A stretch of 64,000 nt of DNA from Antedon mediterranea (Eukaryota > Animalia > Echinodermata). Below, piece by piece: positions 1 to 12,189 of this stretch (within the stretch, counting starts at the first letter, position 1; each line of letters opens with the position of its first letter). The notes beneath the pieces are model-generated. The model was given only the letters and a program-made list of their open reading frames with translations. It ran no database searches and had not been told where the DNA came from. The stretch spans positions 8,427,812 to 8,491,811 of the forward strand of contig NC_092675.1 in NCBI RefSeq assembly GCF_964355755.1. The letters are read 5' to 3'. The position numbers and the translations under genes are program-made.

Positions 1-3000
1 AACGACCAAGCGGTACTCTGTTCTCTTCTCTGCATCTAATTCACCCGAAAGTTGCATCACTCCGGTTGTGTTATTAACAGTAAATAGGTTCATATACTCC
101 GATACAATGCTGTATTCTATATCCCCATCTATGCCGGAGTCATTGTCTGTTGCGGTTATCTAGTTAGTAAAAACAGAATATTATATCTAGGCATGCCAGA
201 TGATTTTGTTTTTCTATATATTCACTTTTAAATTAAGTGTTGTTAAAGGTTTTATTCTACAGTGGACTATAAAACTTTACCACACGTTTGTCACTGGTTT
301 GCCTACACGAAATTGTTATTATGTCTATCTGAAGGATCATATTATTGCAAAGCACTCAAATACTTTCTGCAGTTTGCTTGTGTAGCTTGTAGACACACAA
401 GCAAGTTTTGGGAAACGTATCCTAGCCTAGCCTAGCCTAGCCTAGCCTAGCCTAGCCTAGCCTAGCTATCTTGCTAAACTAGTAGATTGCAAACTAATGT
501 TTTCTAGTGTAAAATAGGCTTGGGTAGCAACAATGTCGATGACGATTATTAACCCTTGATAAGGTCGCAACATGTACGTTTTAACGAAGTAAACACAACA
601 ACGAATAAATAGAGGTAAACGGCATTCAAACTTGCTCACGAAACGGAAGATGACCATTATTAGAAAAATGGCGCTTTCTTAAACAGACAATTTCTACTAT
701 ACCTCAATAACATCAGATGCCGTCCCCATATCTTCTGCTACATTTATATTGTAGGTATCTTTGAATACTGGATTATGATTATTGACTTCAACAAGATGAA
801 TCGAAACATTTGTTTCTGTCTTGCAATTATTATCATCTGTCAAAGTAATCTACACGCATAAAAATTATATTAGGAAATCAACAATGAAAATGATTAGTTC
901 TTTGGTTTTTAAACAAATTTAAACTCTTTAAACTTTCGGATATCAATAAGTCCCAAATTGGTCTTTTATGTACAGTACATTGTTTTAACTAATCTTGATG
1001 TGCGTGTTTCATTATCACTCTCACATCAAGCTCATTTCGAGTTTTTATGTGTTTCCTTTTCATCTCTTTATCGAAATTTTTCTGATTTTTTTCTTTATAT
1101 TTTAACGATTATGAATTAAAAATAAGGTAAGTACAGACTTACAATGATTTCAAACACTTTTTCACAGTTCAAATACAATGAGCAATTCAAGGGTTCACCA
1201 TCCTTCACTCGTATTCTAAATGAGTCTGCGCTTAAAGAATCCAACTCAAATTCTTCGCTATCAGTCTTAAAGGTTCCATTGAATTCCTGTAGGAAAATAC
1301 CGGTCATCATATATTGTTATTCAAATTTAATATGCATCATACTATTCTAATAATCCCACTACGATAAATTTACTTGGTTACCTAAAACTGTGAATTATGA
1401 CCTGTAGACCTACAATGTTAAAATAAACTTGTATTCGTTATATTTAGCGTATAATAATTTATATAATGGATAAAAAGTTAGTCATATTCTGTAGAAATTG
1501 ATGGTCAAACCCTAATACTTCAAACGACATAGATACATTTGTCTACCCAGTAGGCGTAAATGGACGTAAAGGCGTTTACAAATCAATCAACGAAAATGTC
1601 TTTTTTTCTCTCTCTTTCGTTAATTAAATTATTCCATTAATTAAATGGATAAGAAAACGTATATACAGAGGCGTAAGCTCAAATTGTAAATTCGGAACTA
1701 TATAAGACTCACCAGAAATAGAGCTGCTAGGTCCCCGGAAATTGCACTTATACTTTGAAATATATGAAACGAAAGTCTCGCACTTTGGCGAGCCAGCGAG
1801 ACATACAATGCATGCCATTCACAAAAATTCACAAAAATTCACAAAATCATAAATACAAACAACGCGAGCCACACACAAAACAACAAATTATAATTACTAA
1901 TATTACGATAATTATGGTATGTTAAAATTTTAACTATCCGGATGTTACTTAAAAGTTTAGGTGGGGGTTTTCTCTACTTAAAAAACCCCGGTGGAGGGTT
2001 AGTCTAACTTCGAAATTAGTCTAAACATCGGCATCTTTACAAAATGTTCTACATTTGTTCATAATCTTAAAATTAAGGGCGCTAAACATAACATTTTCAA
2101 GATCGCATACGTGGCGCAAACATCTTTAATATTCTATAATAATTCGTTCATTATAACGTGGTTCTTAAAAATTGAAGGCGCTAAACATAACATTCATGAG
2201 ATCAAAGGAGGTGACGTAGGCTACAGAAAAAAGATGTTATGGTGTGCTATCCCTGCCTCAGCACTAATGTCCTGCCACAGCCTTGGGGTCGTTTCCACAT
2301 CATACGCATTGATGTTGCCGCTTTGTGATGTGGTGGTGGAAAAGGGGGACGTACAATTCTGTGAACCCCAAACACAGTAGCTCGCATAGCTTTAACTCTA
2401 TTTACCATTTCCGACCAGCACGGGATTCGAACCCACGACATTTATGTTGTTAACACGACCCTCAGTTGGATGAGCTAACCGATCATCTTGTTTATAAAAA
2501 AGGTTAATACAAACTTCGTTGCCTAAAAATGACGTTTATGAATATGCATATTTATTTATGACGTAACGATGAATAACGTAATATGAAGCACGTTTAAATA
2601 GACAATTTTCAGCTGTTCAGTCCATTGACACATTTGAGCTGTTTAATGCATTTTCTTGTAAGAAGTTAAAAAACAAAAGTTCAAAAACATAGAAATGCAC
2701 AAATTAGCCTCGAATCATAGAAAAACAAATCAAAGTAGATTAAAATGAAAGCTTCATATTACGTCATTCTAATAGTTACGTCATAAATATGCATTCATGA
2801 GCGACGAACCTAGTAATAAACAAGATGACCGGTTAGTAGTGGATGGAAAATAAGGTTTAACCTAGAAATAATTGCGTACAAAGGTTTTTCAACGTTTTTG
2901 GATTCTACTCTATGTCATTAGTCACAGAAAAAAAGTCCCGAGAAATCGGACCCTCCGAAGGGGTCATTTGAGGTCAAATTAAGTGGAAATTAACATAAAT

Positions 3001-6000
3001 TAATTAAAATATCTTAATATCAATCAATCTTAGGCAAACTTTGTGTATTTATCATATGACTAAAGTGAATTCCATTGATCATCTTATTTATCAATAATCA
3101 TGTTACCATAGCAACCGTTGCTATGCGTAACTAAGGAAAATTAAAATAATTAATAAAAAATAGTTATATTGTGTTTGAAATGTTAAAACTGATGAATTAT
3201 GTACTGAGAGATCCCCTTATATCAACACAACATATTGCCACTGGAATAGGAATGTGGTTGCCATGGTAACAATAACAAATAAATAAATAAAATTAAATAA
3301 TTAATAAAATAAAATTTAATGTTTTCAGGTCTATCAATCTTATTCAAAATGTGCATGTGCATTGTTTGTTCATGTGCAATCATATTGATGATAATATTTT
3401 ATAAATATGGCATTACCCTAGCAACCGTAACTAAGGAAAATACAAATAATGAATAAAATACTATAAATAATGTTTAACGATAGTATTTAACTATATAAGA
3501 TTGTAATGACTTACTATAATAGTAACTGCTTTTGAAATGATAATTTACCATCACATGATGATGTTTTGATCAAAACCATTACAATCAAACAGCAGTATGG
3601 CAAGTGGCAGTGGTTACCATCCATTTATTAAAGCATTTTATTCCACATTTAAAATTGAAATTGTATCGCTCTCTTTAACACAGTGTACATTAAAATATAA
3701 CAGATAATTGCATACATACTATTTGGAGAATTTACTTATCATCCTCTAACACCATCAGTTGGATACACTACTCGTCATCACTTTCATCATCATCAATGTC
3801 GCCTTCGATGTCAATTATTGGGCAATTTTCGCATCCTTCTAGCTGGCATGATCCACATGTAGATGTACACTGTAGGCCATATCGTCTGCAGCCACATCGA
3901 GGTGTACCACATCCAGTCTTACAATTGCAATGTATCATTTTGAGCAGATGAGGTGGTGCAGCATCCTCGGTTGTCATTTGTGGAACTAGGCGGTTGTCTT
4001 CTTCCTTCCATCCCCACTCCGATAACACCATATCTGTATCATTCATAGACCATGTCATAATCTGCAAATATACCCTTTGACTATGAAAATCGGTTGCACA
4101 ATCAGTAGGTGGTAGTCTTTCAGGCCCAACAAATGATTTGGAACCAGCAACCTTCTTGTTAAAAATTTTCCTCCTCGAACTTAATAATGTTTCACTGCTA
4201 CTTCCTCCAAAGAGAGCCACCATCGCTTTCCGACCATATTTTTCAATCTTTTTCTTAGTTTGACAATTGGATGTCAAGACTTTGGCACAAGAGCTTAGAA
4301 CTTTATCATCACCAAGCAGCTTTTTAAAAGCTGCCTTCTTTCCAACGCCATATATTCTTGAGGTCGTATCGCATCCTGTAAGGGCATGACAAAACAGGAG
4401 CTTTGAACAAAGGTTAGATCCAAGTGCTTTCTTTAAGGGGATGATATCTGTCGCTTTTGTAGCTGATGCTTTGTCGGATCTAAAAATTATCCTATTCAAG
4501 CTTAGACGGGTATGATGCAAAAGGAGGATAAGAAGGTCTGTATCCTCTCCTATGAGTGTGACTGATTTATTCTTGGCAGCATTAATAGCAGTAGTTGCTA
4601 TGAGAACATCAGCATCACCCGGTGCATGGATGACTTCTACACCTACTGACTCAAGCTCTTTTCCAAGCATGTTGATAAATCTTTGTTTGTTGTTGGTATT
4701 ACTCAAAAATTTCTCTTTCTTTGTGTCAAATACTGTAGATTCGTCAAATTTGACATCTAAGTGGTCAGCTTTTCCACGCCTCAAGTGTGTAACATCTTTT
4801 GTTGTTGGTGTTCCATAGCCATCAAACACTACTATTGTGGATGCATACTTTCTAACTAGCTTGCAATAAGACGTAATAATTTCATGGTATAACTCGCCCT
4901 TCTTCCATGGCAGTCGGTGTATTAAAGAACCTCCATCGAAGACATAGATGTCAGTTTTGGGGACGGCATTTTGACATAGTAATATGTCTGACGATTTCTT
5001 TTGTCCTTGATCAATAATTGCGTGAAGCAATTGCGGCTTGTCTGCTTTCCGGAGCAAATTCTTTCCTTCAAACAATGATGGGGGAAAGGGACTCAGTTCA
5101 AACGTAAGCATTTCTTCCAAAGACAGGCTCCCAGTTTGTGACACAATGAGACATCTTTGAAATAAGAGTCCAGGATCTATAGCCGCAGTCGACTGATTCA
5201 TTCTAAGACAATTTTGAAAGATAGAGCTGCTATGTTCTCCCAGCCTACGCCCTGATATATATAACCTAAGACAAACATCTATATGGATTTAATTAGCTAA
5301 ATATTATGTTGAGCTATACACTATAGCTTTGTAATGTTATGTTGAAGATATATATTTTATAGGCCATAATTAAATTATAGGGCCTAATTGTATGTAACTT
5401 ACCTTATCTGGATCAGTTGCCTTGATTACTAAAGCACCTTTGAAAGTTTCATCTACGGCAACCAAAGCATTGTCTACGGCAAACAATGCGTCATCCATGT
5501 CAGACACTTCGTAGATGTAACCTGTATAGGACGAGTTCTGGATAGTGGGACAGTTATCGTTTATATCCGTTACATCCACGTGGATTCTTGCAATACCTAC
5601 CCTTTGGTAGTTATCCAATTGTGTTGCCTGATATAAAATACATTTTTTTTTAAAATAAAATAAATATTTAGCATTTTATTTTTATTATTTAGTTTTAACG
5701 AATGATAATGTTTTGTTGATGATAATAATTTTCATAACATTCCTGGCGGCACTGCAACGTTGTTATGTAGTTTTTGTTGGCGGATCATGCTGACCGTATA
5801 GATCAGTTAGTAGGCATGTACATATTCAAGCGATTTGTACGATTATAAGATAACATGGAGCTAGGAATAAGCAGATATATTATAATCATTGTGGTTGAAT
5901 GTATTGATTTTGTCGAGTACTGATAGTATAATAGTAGTAATATTTCGACAATTGAAACTACTATAAAGTAGGATTGATCACCTGAACAACCAAAGGGTTT

Positions 6001-9000
6001 AAGTCAGCTCCTGTAACTTCCCAATCAATGGGGCTAGTCATGCTTAACTCACCAGTCGTAGAATTAATTTTGAACTCACTGGTAATGGGATCTCCTAAAG
6101 TAGTTAGAAAAGTATAATAATAAGATAATTTGTTTTAAGATGTTTAAAAGATGAAAATTAATATTTCGCTTTGGAGATTATTGCAGCATTCACTTCTTCT
6201 CTTGGGAAAAAACTATTTTATGCAACAGATTCAAATTATGGAATAGGACCAATCAGGAATTACTGTACATAAGTTACGGAATGAGGAATTTTTCAAATTC
6301 AACAATGGCATTTGCAAAGGTCTCTTCCAAAATAAAGATAAATGAGGCATGATAACACTAACTGGAAAACTACTAACTTAATGAATAGCTAATTGTAGCG
6401 TTGATACCACGATCTTGATCAAATGCGTAAATCTCGTTGGTGTTCCAAGTCGTTTGATTTTCAGCAACAGTAAAGTAGTAATCTTCTGTACTGAATGCCG
6501 GATTCAAATCGTCTTCATCGATTACAGTTACTACCAGTGACATATTTCCACCTGTTTTTGGTTTACCCTCATATTCATCCTGAAGTATAAAGAATAACAT
6601 TCTTGTTTTATTCTCATTTTAGGCAATTGCCAAGGATAAGCACACGTTAATTCATTCACTATCCTTCTCAAAGGTGGTAATCCCGTTTAGAAGATGCTCT
6701 TAGTTGGTTGAAGTAAACTAGACACAATTGAGGTATTGTTGCGATAACTGTTATATTTATATTGACTAAAGCGATATTTATATTGACTAAATGTATTTTA
6801 TAAAATTATAGGCCTATCTGTCAAAGAAAAGATTGTTTGAATGGAAGAATATCAAAATGAATTGATTTCGATTTGAGTGACAGGACTTGATGTATTGTGA
6901 TTGGTTGGTCGGGGAATCAGCACATCCCTAAGTCTACGAATGCGTCACGAATGCATCGATTCCATTATTCAGGTCAAATGTGCAATCTAGTCGCAAATTG
7001 AATGGTTCCTATTCTAATATATTATAACAGCTATTTAAATACCATGGGTTACTATTAAAAGTAGCAAATATAATATCAATAAGGCTTATCTTAAATAATT
7101 CTCACTCACAGAAGCTTGAATAATTAGGTTGTACTCTGGATACTTTTCGAAATCAATGATAGAATTGACCTCTATTATCACATCTAAATTATTACCACGA
7201 ATGATAAATGGTGAATCTTTCTGCCAAAAAAAAAGTAAGAAAACATATTTAAAAGCTTGTTTATAATAATGAATGATATATATGTCTCATATCTGATTGG
7301 AGTAGCGGGCCTACATCATTTATTTTGCAAAACAAACATACTGTATTTTCACTGAACATCGGGCCTCTCAGAATTAATTAGGTTTGATGTTAAATAATTG
7401 GATTATTGTTAAATAAATGTATGTTTAAAATACATTTTCTGTCAATTTTGCAATCGTATATCATTTCTGATTTCTTTTGTCTTTTTTTTACATTGTTGTT
7501 CGACATTCACAGTATAACTTATGGTATATACATTTTACTAATATTTATTAATCATCACCATGATAATGCATTGCTGTAGTGGGTCTATTGTACCTCCTCC
7601 CATATGCTATGATTATGCGCAATGTAGCCCTAAGCAGTATTTTTCTCATTTACATCATAAGCATAGCCTACTGTACCTTAATTTATCACATGGCAATACG
7701 TCGTATAATTATTATATATAAGTATTATCTTATCGTTATTATTATGAAATCTTAATTAAACTTACTGGTTCAATAATTTCATAAACTACTTGTTGATTAT
7801 TTAAGTTATCCTTGTCAGTTGTAGCGAAACTCACATTCTTTAGATCCAATTCTTCTCCTTCTCGGGCAAACTAAAAAAAAGTAAAATTAGATTGCAGAAG
7901 TCATGATTGTGATTTAATAATAAATATTATTGTAATAAAAATACAAAACTTGTTATTCGTATCTAACAATTATTTTGGCTCGATATATCGCCCTCTCGTT
8001 TGTTTGTTTGTTTGTTCGTTCGTTGTTCATCAATTTATTCAACATTATGCCATCCATCGATGATACAGAGACAATTTAGGCATATCGACCGATAATTCTT
8101 GCATTACCTCAAACACAATAGCGGTATTAGGCCAATCGCTAGTGAATGTTGGTCCATTATCATTTTCATCAACTAATTCGAATTTAATGTTCTGCAAAAG
8201 AAAACTGGTAATTATATCATAATACTGTACAATATTTCAATAAGAGAAAATATTTCTTAGCAAAATATGGGGAGGGGGAATTACGGATATTGATGTATAT
8301 CTCGATAAAACGGAATGTTGGTTCGGCTGGGCGGCGCTAAGATCGGACTAGTAATAGGCCTACAGTATAATAGTAGGCCATAGCAATGCCTAACTTAAAA
8401 AACTATTAAAAGTATTTACCACCACATAACCGTATTCAAGAATCACACTCAAATTCAGCTGTTTTATTCCTAACAATTTTCCTCCCTGTATAAAATGAAA
8501 CATGAATATTGTGCTAAATATCATATATATCACAGTCATGGATAATAAAAGTATGTTAGCGTCAAACAGAATACCGTTATGATTACATTGAATAGTACAA
8601 ACCTGATCAATATCAATGATATCTCTAACAATCAATTTGTTTACATCATGATCAATGTATTCTGTTGAATTAACAGCATCGCCTGGAACATTATTTAATC
8701 CGGAAATGTTTCCTAATGTTTCGTTAAACTCTAAGATTACTTCACCTAAAATAAACCAAACTCATATTAAATGTAACAATCTGCTGTTATCTCTATTCAT
8801 ACATTGTGTAGAATGCCATGAATGTACATTATCAGAATTTAGTGCTATAGGCCTATGTATAAATCTTCATACAAATATAATTGCAAACGTAACTTATTTA
8901 TTTAAAAAGTAGCTAATCAAACCATTCCTTCCACGATCTAACCATGGTAGTAGTGGATTGTAATTTCACTGTTCTACGCATCCACACATTCGATTACTCA

Positions 9001-9953
9001 CCCGTCCGTTCACTTTATTTGTTTGTGTATAAGTTATTTGAGACTTATAGATTTCCACGTCGACTATGGCGACTGCTACCTTAATATGTAATACGTTTAC
9101 TGGCACGTCAACGTAATGTTCACATATATCACACATAGTAACAGTCGACTACGACCCATGTGGACGTGACGACCGTCGTGTGCACGTTCACTCAATCTAA
9201 AAGTCCCTATTATCTTAACTCATTCATATCCATATCACATCATTAGTAAAGTCATCTGAAGTCCATGGTCTGTCAACCAGGGAAGAGAGTGTAACTTCAT
9301 CTTGTCTAATAAATTTTCATTTTCCTTCATTTAATACATTCTTAATAGACAAGCGAACTTACCAATGTCATTTTGCTCATACAGATAACAGGAATATGAA
9401 CCGTTCGTAGTAACGGTCTCGTTTCCACAGACTAAATTAAGATAAAAATCATTCACGAAGATTAAAAAGGAATATAGTTATTGTGGTGTTTTAGATGATA
9501 TTTTTAATACACTTTACAGATGTTTGAATCCACCATCAATAGTACGAATCTTAATTTTTATGTAGGCATAATGGTTAGTCACAAAAAAATGGTAATTCAA
9601 ACCTGAATGCGAAAAAACCCTACGGTCCATAACAATAATATTCGTTAGAACATCAATAAAAACTGTTGTCACCAGCAAACCCATTTTTGTCTCATCAACC
9701 GACATTAAACTTACATTCATGAAAATTAATCTAAACATTTGTTTCGTTCTTTTGTTTTACAGACCTAACTTATATTTCATTTATTATTGAATTCATTGCT
9801 ATGGCAGATATTTGCTATCGATGACAACGATAGCTAAAATGTATTATTAATATAAAGAGTTAACTTGCTTGTTATTTGTGCATCTACCGTTGTGATAACT
9901 ACTGCTGAAAACACCACTAGCCAGATAAAGCTTAACTCAACCGCATGGCCCAT
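1..9953 (-). CDS. Cadherin-repeat protein (cadherin A), 5' part of a multi-exon gene that continues beyond the left edge
   Basis: Phase-consistent exon chain: 9953-9869 (signal peptide MGHAVELSFIWLVVFSAVVITTVDAQ), 9431-9363, 8745-8603, 8485-8420, 8191-8108, 7870-7766, 7220-7110, 6579-6378, 6094-5982, 5627-5403, 1286-1143, 849-703, 159-1. Cadherin Ca-binding motifs include VDENDNGPTF, IDEDDLNPAF, TDINDNCP, ATDPD, ATDND, IDFE and LDAE. Confidence 0.9.
421..465. repeat. (CCTAG)9 microsatellite in a cadherin A intron
   Basis: Nine perfect CCTAG units read directly. Confidence 0.95.
2412..2484 (-). pseudogene. Degenerate tRNA-like sequence (tRNA-Ile(AAT)-like scaffold), probably the head of a SINE or repeat
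   Basis: Minus strand reads GATCGGTTAGCTCA-TCCAAC-TGAGGGTCGTGTTAACAACATAAATGTCGTGGGTTCGAATCCCGTGCTGGTCG. The B-box GGTTCGAATCCC is intact, the A-box is disrupted and the anticodon stem is imperfect. Confidence 0.6.
2476..2836. repeat. Imperfect inverted repeat with ~90-115 bp arms
   Basis: CTAACCGATCATCTTGTTTAT (2476) pairs with ATAAACAAGATGACCGGTTAG (2816-2836). ATGAATATGCAT...TGACGTAAC...TAATATGAAGC (~2538-2590) pairs with GCTTCATATTACG...GTTACGTCATAAATATGCATTCAT (~2751-2798). Confidence 0.8.
2919..5205 (-). mobile_element. 5'-truncated Academ (AcademX-like) DNA transposon
   Basis: Putative terminus TAGTCACAGAAAAAAAGTCCCG at 2919 (Academ ends typically start with TAG). Subterminal GTTRCCATRGYAAC-type motifs at ~3102, 3257 and 3413. 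Contains the XPG-like/Cys-rich ORF. Confidence 0.7.
3768..5201 (-). CDS. C-terminal XPG/PIN-like nuclease plus Cys-rich zinc finger of an Academ-type transposon protein (477 aa, intronless, DDE part missing)
   Basis: Acidic motifs VFDGG, VVFDGY, GDADVLI and GEDTDLL; H3TH-like HALTGCDTTSRIYGVGKKAA; C-terminal CNCKTGCGTPRCGCRRYGLQCTSTCGSCQLEGCENC; acidic tail. Confidence 0.8.
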   Translation of the reverse strand: MNQSTAAIDPGLLFQRCLIVSQTGSLSLEEMLTFELSPFPPSLFEGKNLLRKADKPQLLHAIIDQGQKKSSDILLCQNAVPKTDIYVFDGGSLIHRLPWKKGELYHEIITSYCKLVRKYASTIVVFDGYGTPTTKDVTHLRRGKADHLDVKFDESTVFDTKKEKFLSNTNNKQRFINMLGKELESVGVEVIHAPGDADVLIATTAINAAKNKSVTLIGEDTDLLILLLHHTRLSLNRIIFRSDKASATKATDIIPLKKALGSNLCSKLLFCHALTGCDTTSRIYGVGKKAAFKKLLGDDKVLSSCAKVLTSNCQTKKKIEKYGRKAMVALFGGSSSETLLSSRRKIFNKKVAGSKSFVGPERLPPTDCATDFHSQRVYLQIMTWSMNDTDMVLSEWGWKEEDNRLVPQMTTEDAAPPHLLKMIHCNCKTGCGTPRCGCRRYGLQCTSTCGSCQLEGCENCPIIDIEGDIDDDESDDE

Positions 9954-10159
9954 TATCTAAAGGGAAAACAGCACGCTTTAATATATTAGTAACTGGTGCA
10001 TTCGATACAAATATAAATGAAAAACCAACCAACCTTTTCCCTTTCTTAAAAATAGGCCTATATAGGCCTGAACACAATAATTTTTGTTTTGTTTTTGCTG
10101 AATATTCTATTTTAATGTCCCGTAGACACAAAATTAGGATCGAAAAATTATTTACCTAC

Positions 10160-11545
10160 ATAAACACTGTAATTTAAAGCAAACATAGTCAAGTCAGGTC
10201 ACGTCACACAGAGTTTTTGGTTAAATTTAATCATTAGCCTATTTTATTCGGAAGTGAATAATATGAAAACTACAAAATGGCCTATTCTGACATTTTTCAT
10301 ACTTTTTTTAAAAGGAATAGCCATCTTTAAAGGAAGGCAAGTACAGTATGTATGTTAGGCTTATAACATTAAAATAGACGGTGGTGTTCATTTATTTTAA
10401 ATTAATGCGTAGGCCTATATATGATTATGATGGACTAATATAGGCCTATACTCGCTTTCACGTATTTTCAAATCCTAGCCTAGTGATTAATGATGCCTAC
10501 AACAAAAATGAATATCAGGATTAAACTTACGGCGGTAGTCAGTATTTAGGCCTACTAAACCAAATATAGCAGTTTGTGGTCTTGTGGTATATTTTCCAGT
10601 ACTATAGCCTACCAATACGATAAATTCCGGGTGTTGTCTTCTTTATCCAGGTAATTTACTCTATGTAATCTACAGACTGTAAAGTCCCATATAATTATTT
10701 ATGAATAAAACAAGTAAGGCTAATCAGATAGTGTGTTTACACGACACTTATGTAAAGAGACATTGGTGATTTGCATTGGGTTTGGTTAGAAACTTTGTAC
10801 TTTGTATATTACCGATCAGTAATTTCTACAATATGATTGTGGACTACTATACAACCTAATTGTCGGCTATTCAAATAAATGTAGTTAGTTACTTAATTTA
10901 ATAATGTTATCATTTACCATGTTGTCTATTTACTTTATTTACAAAAACGCATTTTTTTTTCTTTTTACAGAAAACAACATTATGGAGGAAAAATTATTAA
11001 ATATTATAAGTCATAAAGCGCAGGTCCACCAGCTTAATGATGATAAAATGTTGTTTCTTGAAATTTCCTCACTACTGTCATTCCTGTACGATCTTATATC
11101 TTTAGGAATTGTTTCATATTGTGCTTAGTATAGGCCATCTTTTTTTTTTGCAATAGGCCTATCACGTATTTATTTTTCAATAGGCTTTAAATAATTAAAT
11201 TATCGTTCAAAATTAGATTTAAAATTTAAAATACATGAATATTTAAAAATTCAAAGGCCTACGTAGGAACACATTAAAAAAGGTTCACAGTGTGTTAATA
11301 ATTAATATATATGTATGCTGTATACTAATAACCATACTGTAACCAAGGCACTTTGATTGCTGTATCACATCAATCGAGTATCATTTTGAAAGGTCATCCC
11401 CTGACGTCATAATCGGTTTCACGCTTGAATTGGTATGTATAAACAAACGTTGCCGAGTGTATTGGTTGATAAAATAAAAATTATAGATAGTAATATTAAT
11501 AGTATTAATATTATTCCGATTGTGTAGTATTTTTAAAGTAAGGTA
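10160..11545. promoter_or_regulatory. Putative divergent promoter interval between cadherin A and GGCX
   Basis: Both first coding exons are preceded by splice acceptors. Candidate UTR-exon donors lie at ~10155 (minus) and AG|GTAAGT at ~11543 (plus). ETS-like CGGAAGTG ~10249, YY1-like CAAAATGG ~10273, CRE TGACGTCA 11402. Confidence 0.4.
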
Positions 11546-12189
11546 AGTGACTAATTAATTGGTAATTAAATTTATAGCTCTGTAATTATAAAAATCACAT
11601 CTCATAAAGACGACGGACACAAGTTTTAAGCCCAGGCCTAACAAGTCTGCATTTAAGTACAGTACGAAGTCTTTAAGAAAGGAATACTTCGATTGTAGCG
11701 TAAGCCTTCCAAAACTAGCCTAGGCCTAGTAGTAGTAGTATAGTAAATGTTTTTAAATAAAGCTCTTAATTTTTTAGGATGCGTGTGTTCATGGTGTAAA
11801 CAGTATAGCATGGTACTTTAATCCCCCTTTATATTTTCAAGTTATTGATAATAATTTTAAATAATTATCAATAACTTAACTATGAATAACTTATATTAAA
11901 ATAATAAATAGGTCTATATATGATGATCATTGTGGTAAAAAGATTCTGAATGAATATACTAAACCTAGAAGGGGGTCAATTAAATTTTATCTGAGAAAAT
12001 TATTATTATTTTTTTTTTAACAATGTTTTTATGTTCAATAATGGAAAGAGAAGAGAGAGTGGATGTGGGCTTACCTTCCCCAATAAAGAACCTATGCTTT
12101 TGTAGATTGGTCATTAAAATTATAATAATAACTCTAACATATATAGTTTTTTTAATTTTTTTATTTCAGTACCGGTAATCAGTTTTACA

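Larger units (their letters stand above)
1666..5254. mobile_element. Non-autonomous TIR element that hosts nested insertions
   Basis: Left end CAGAGGCGTAAGCT (1666) vs reverse complement of the right end CAGGGCGTAGGCT (5242-5254), with ATATA flanking both sides. The motif ATAGAGCTGCTA lies near both ends (~1718, ~5221) and recurs as its reverse complement near 25780 and, with one mismatch, near 29600. Confidence 0.55.

Noticed and set aside
4552-4818. 88-aa plus-strand ORF with a signal-peptide-like start
   Set aside because: Antisense shadow of the Academ ORF.
5190-5403. In-frame cadherin-Academ nuclease fusion via the acceptor-like TTGTCTTAG just before the ATG
   Set aside because: The upstream cadherin donor is phase 0, so splicing there is out of frame with the nuclease ORF and stops after about 34 codons.
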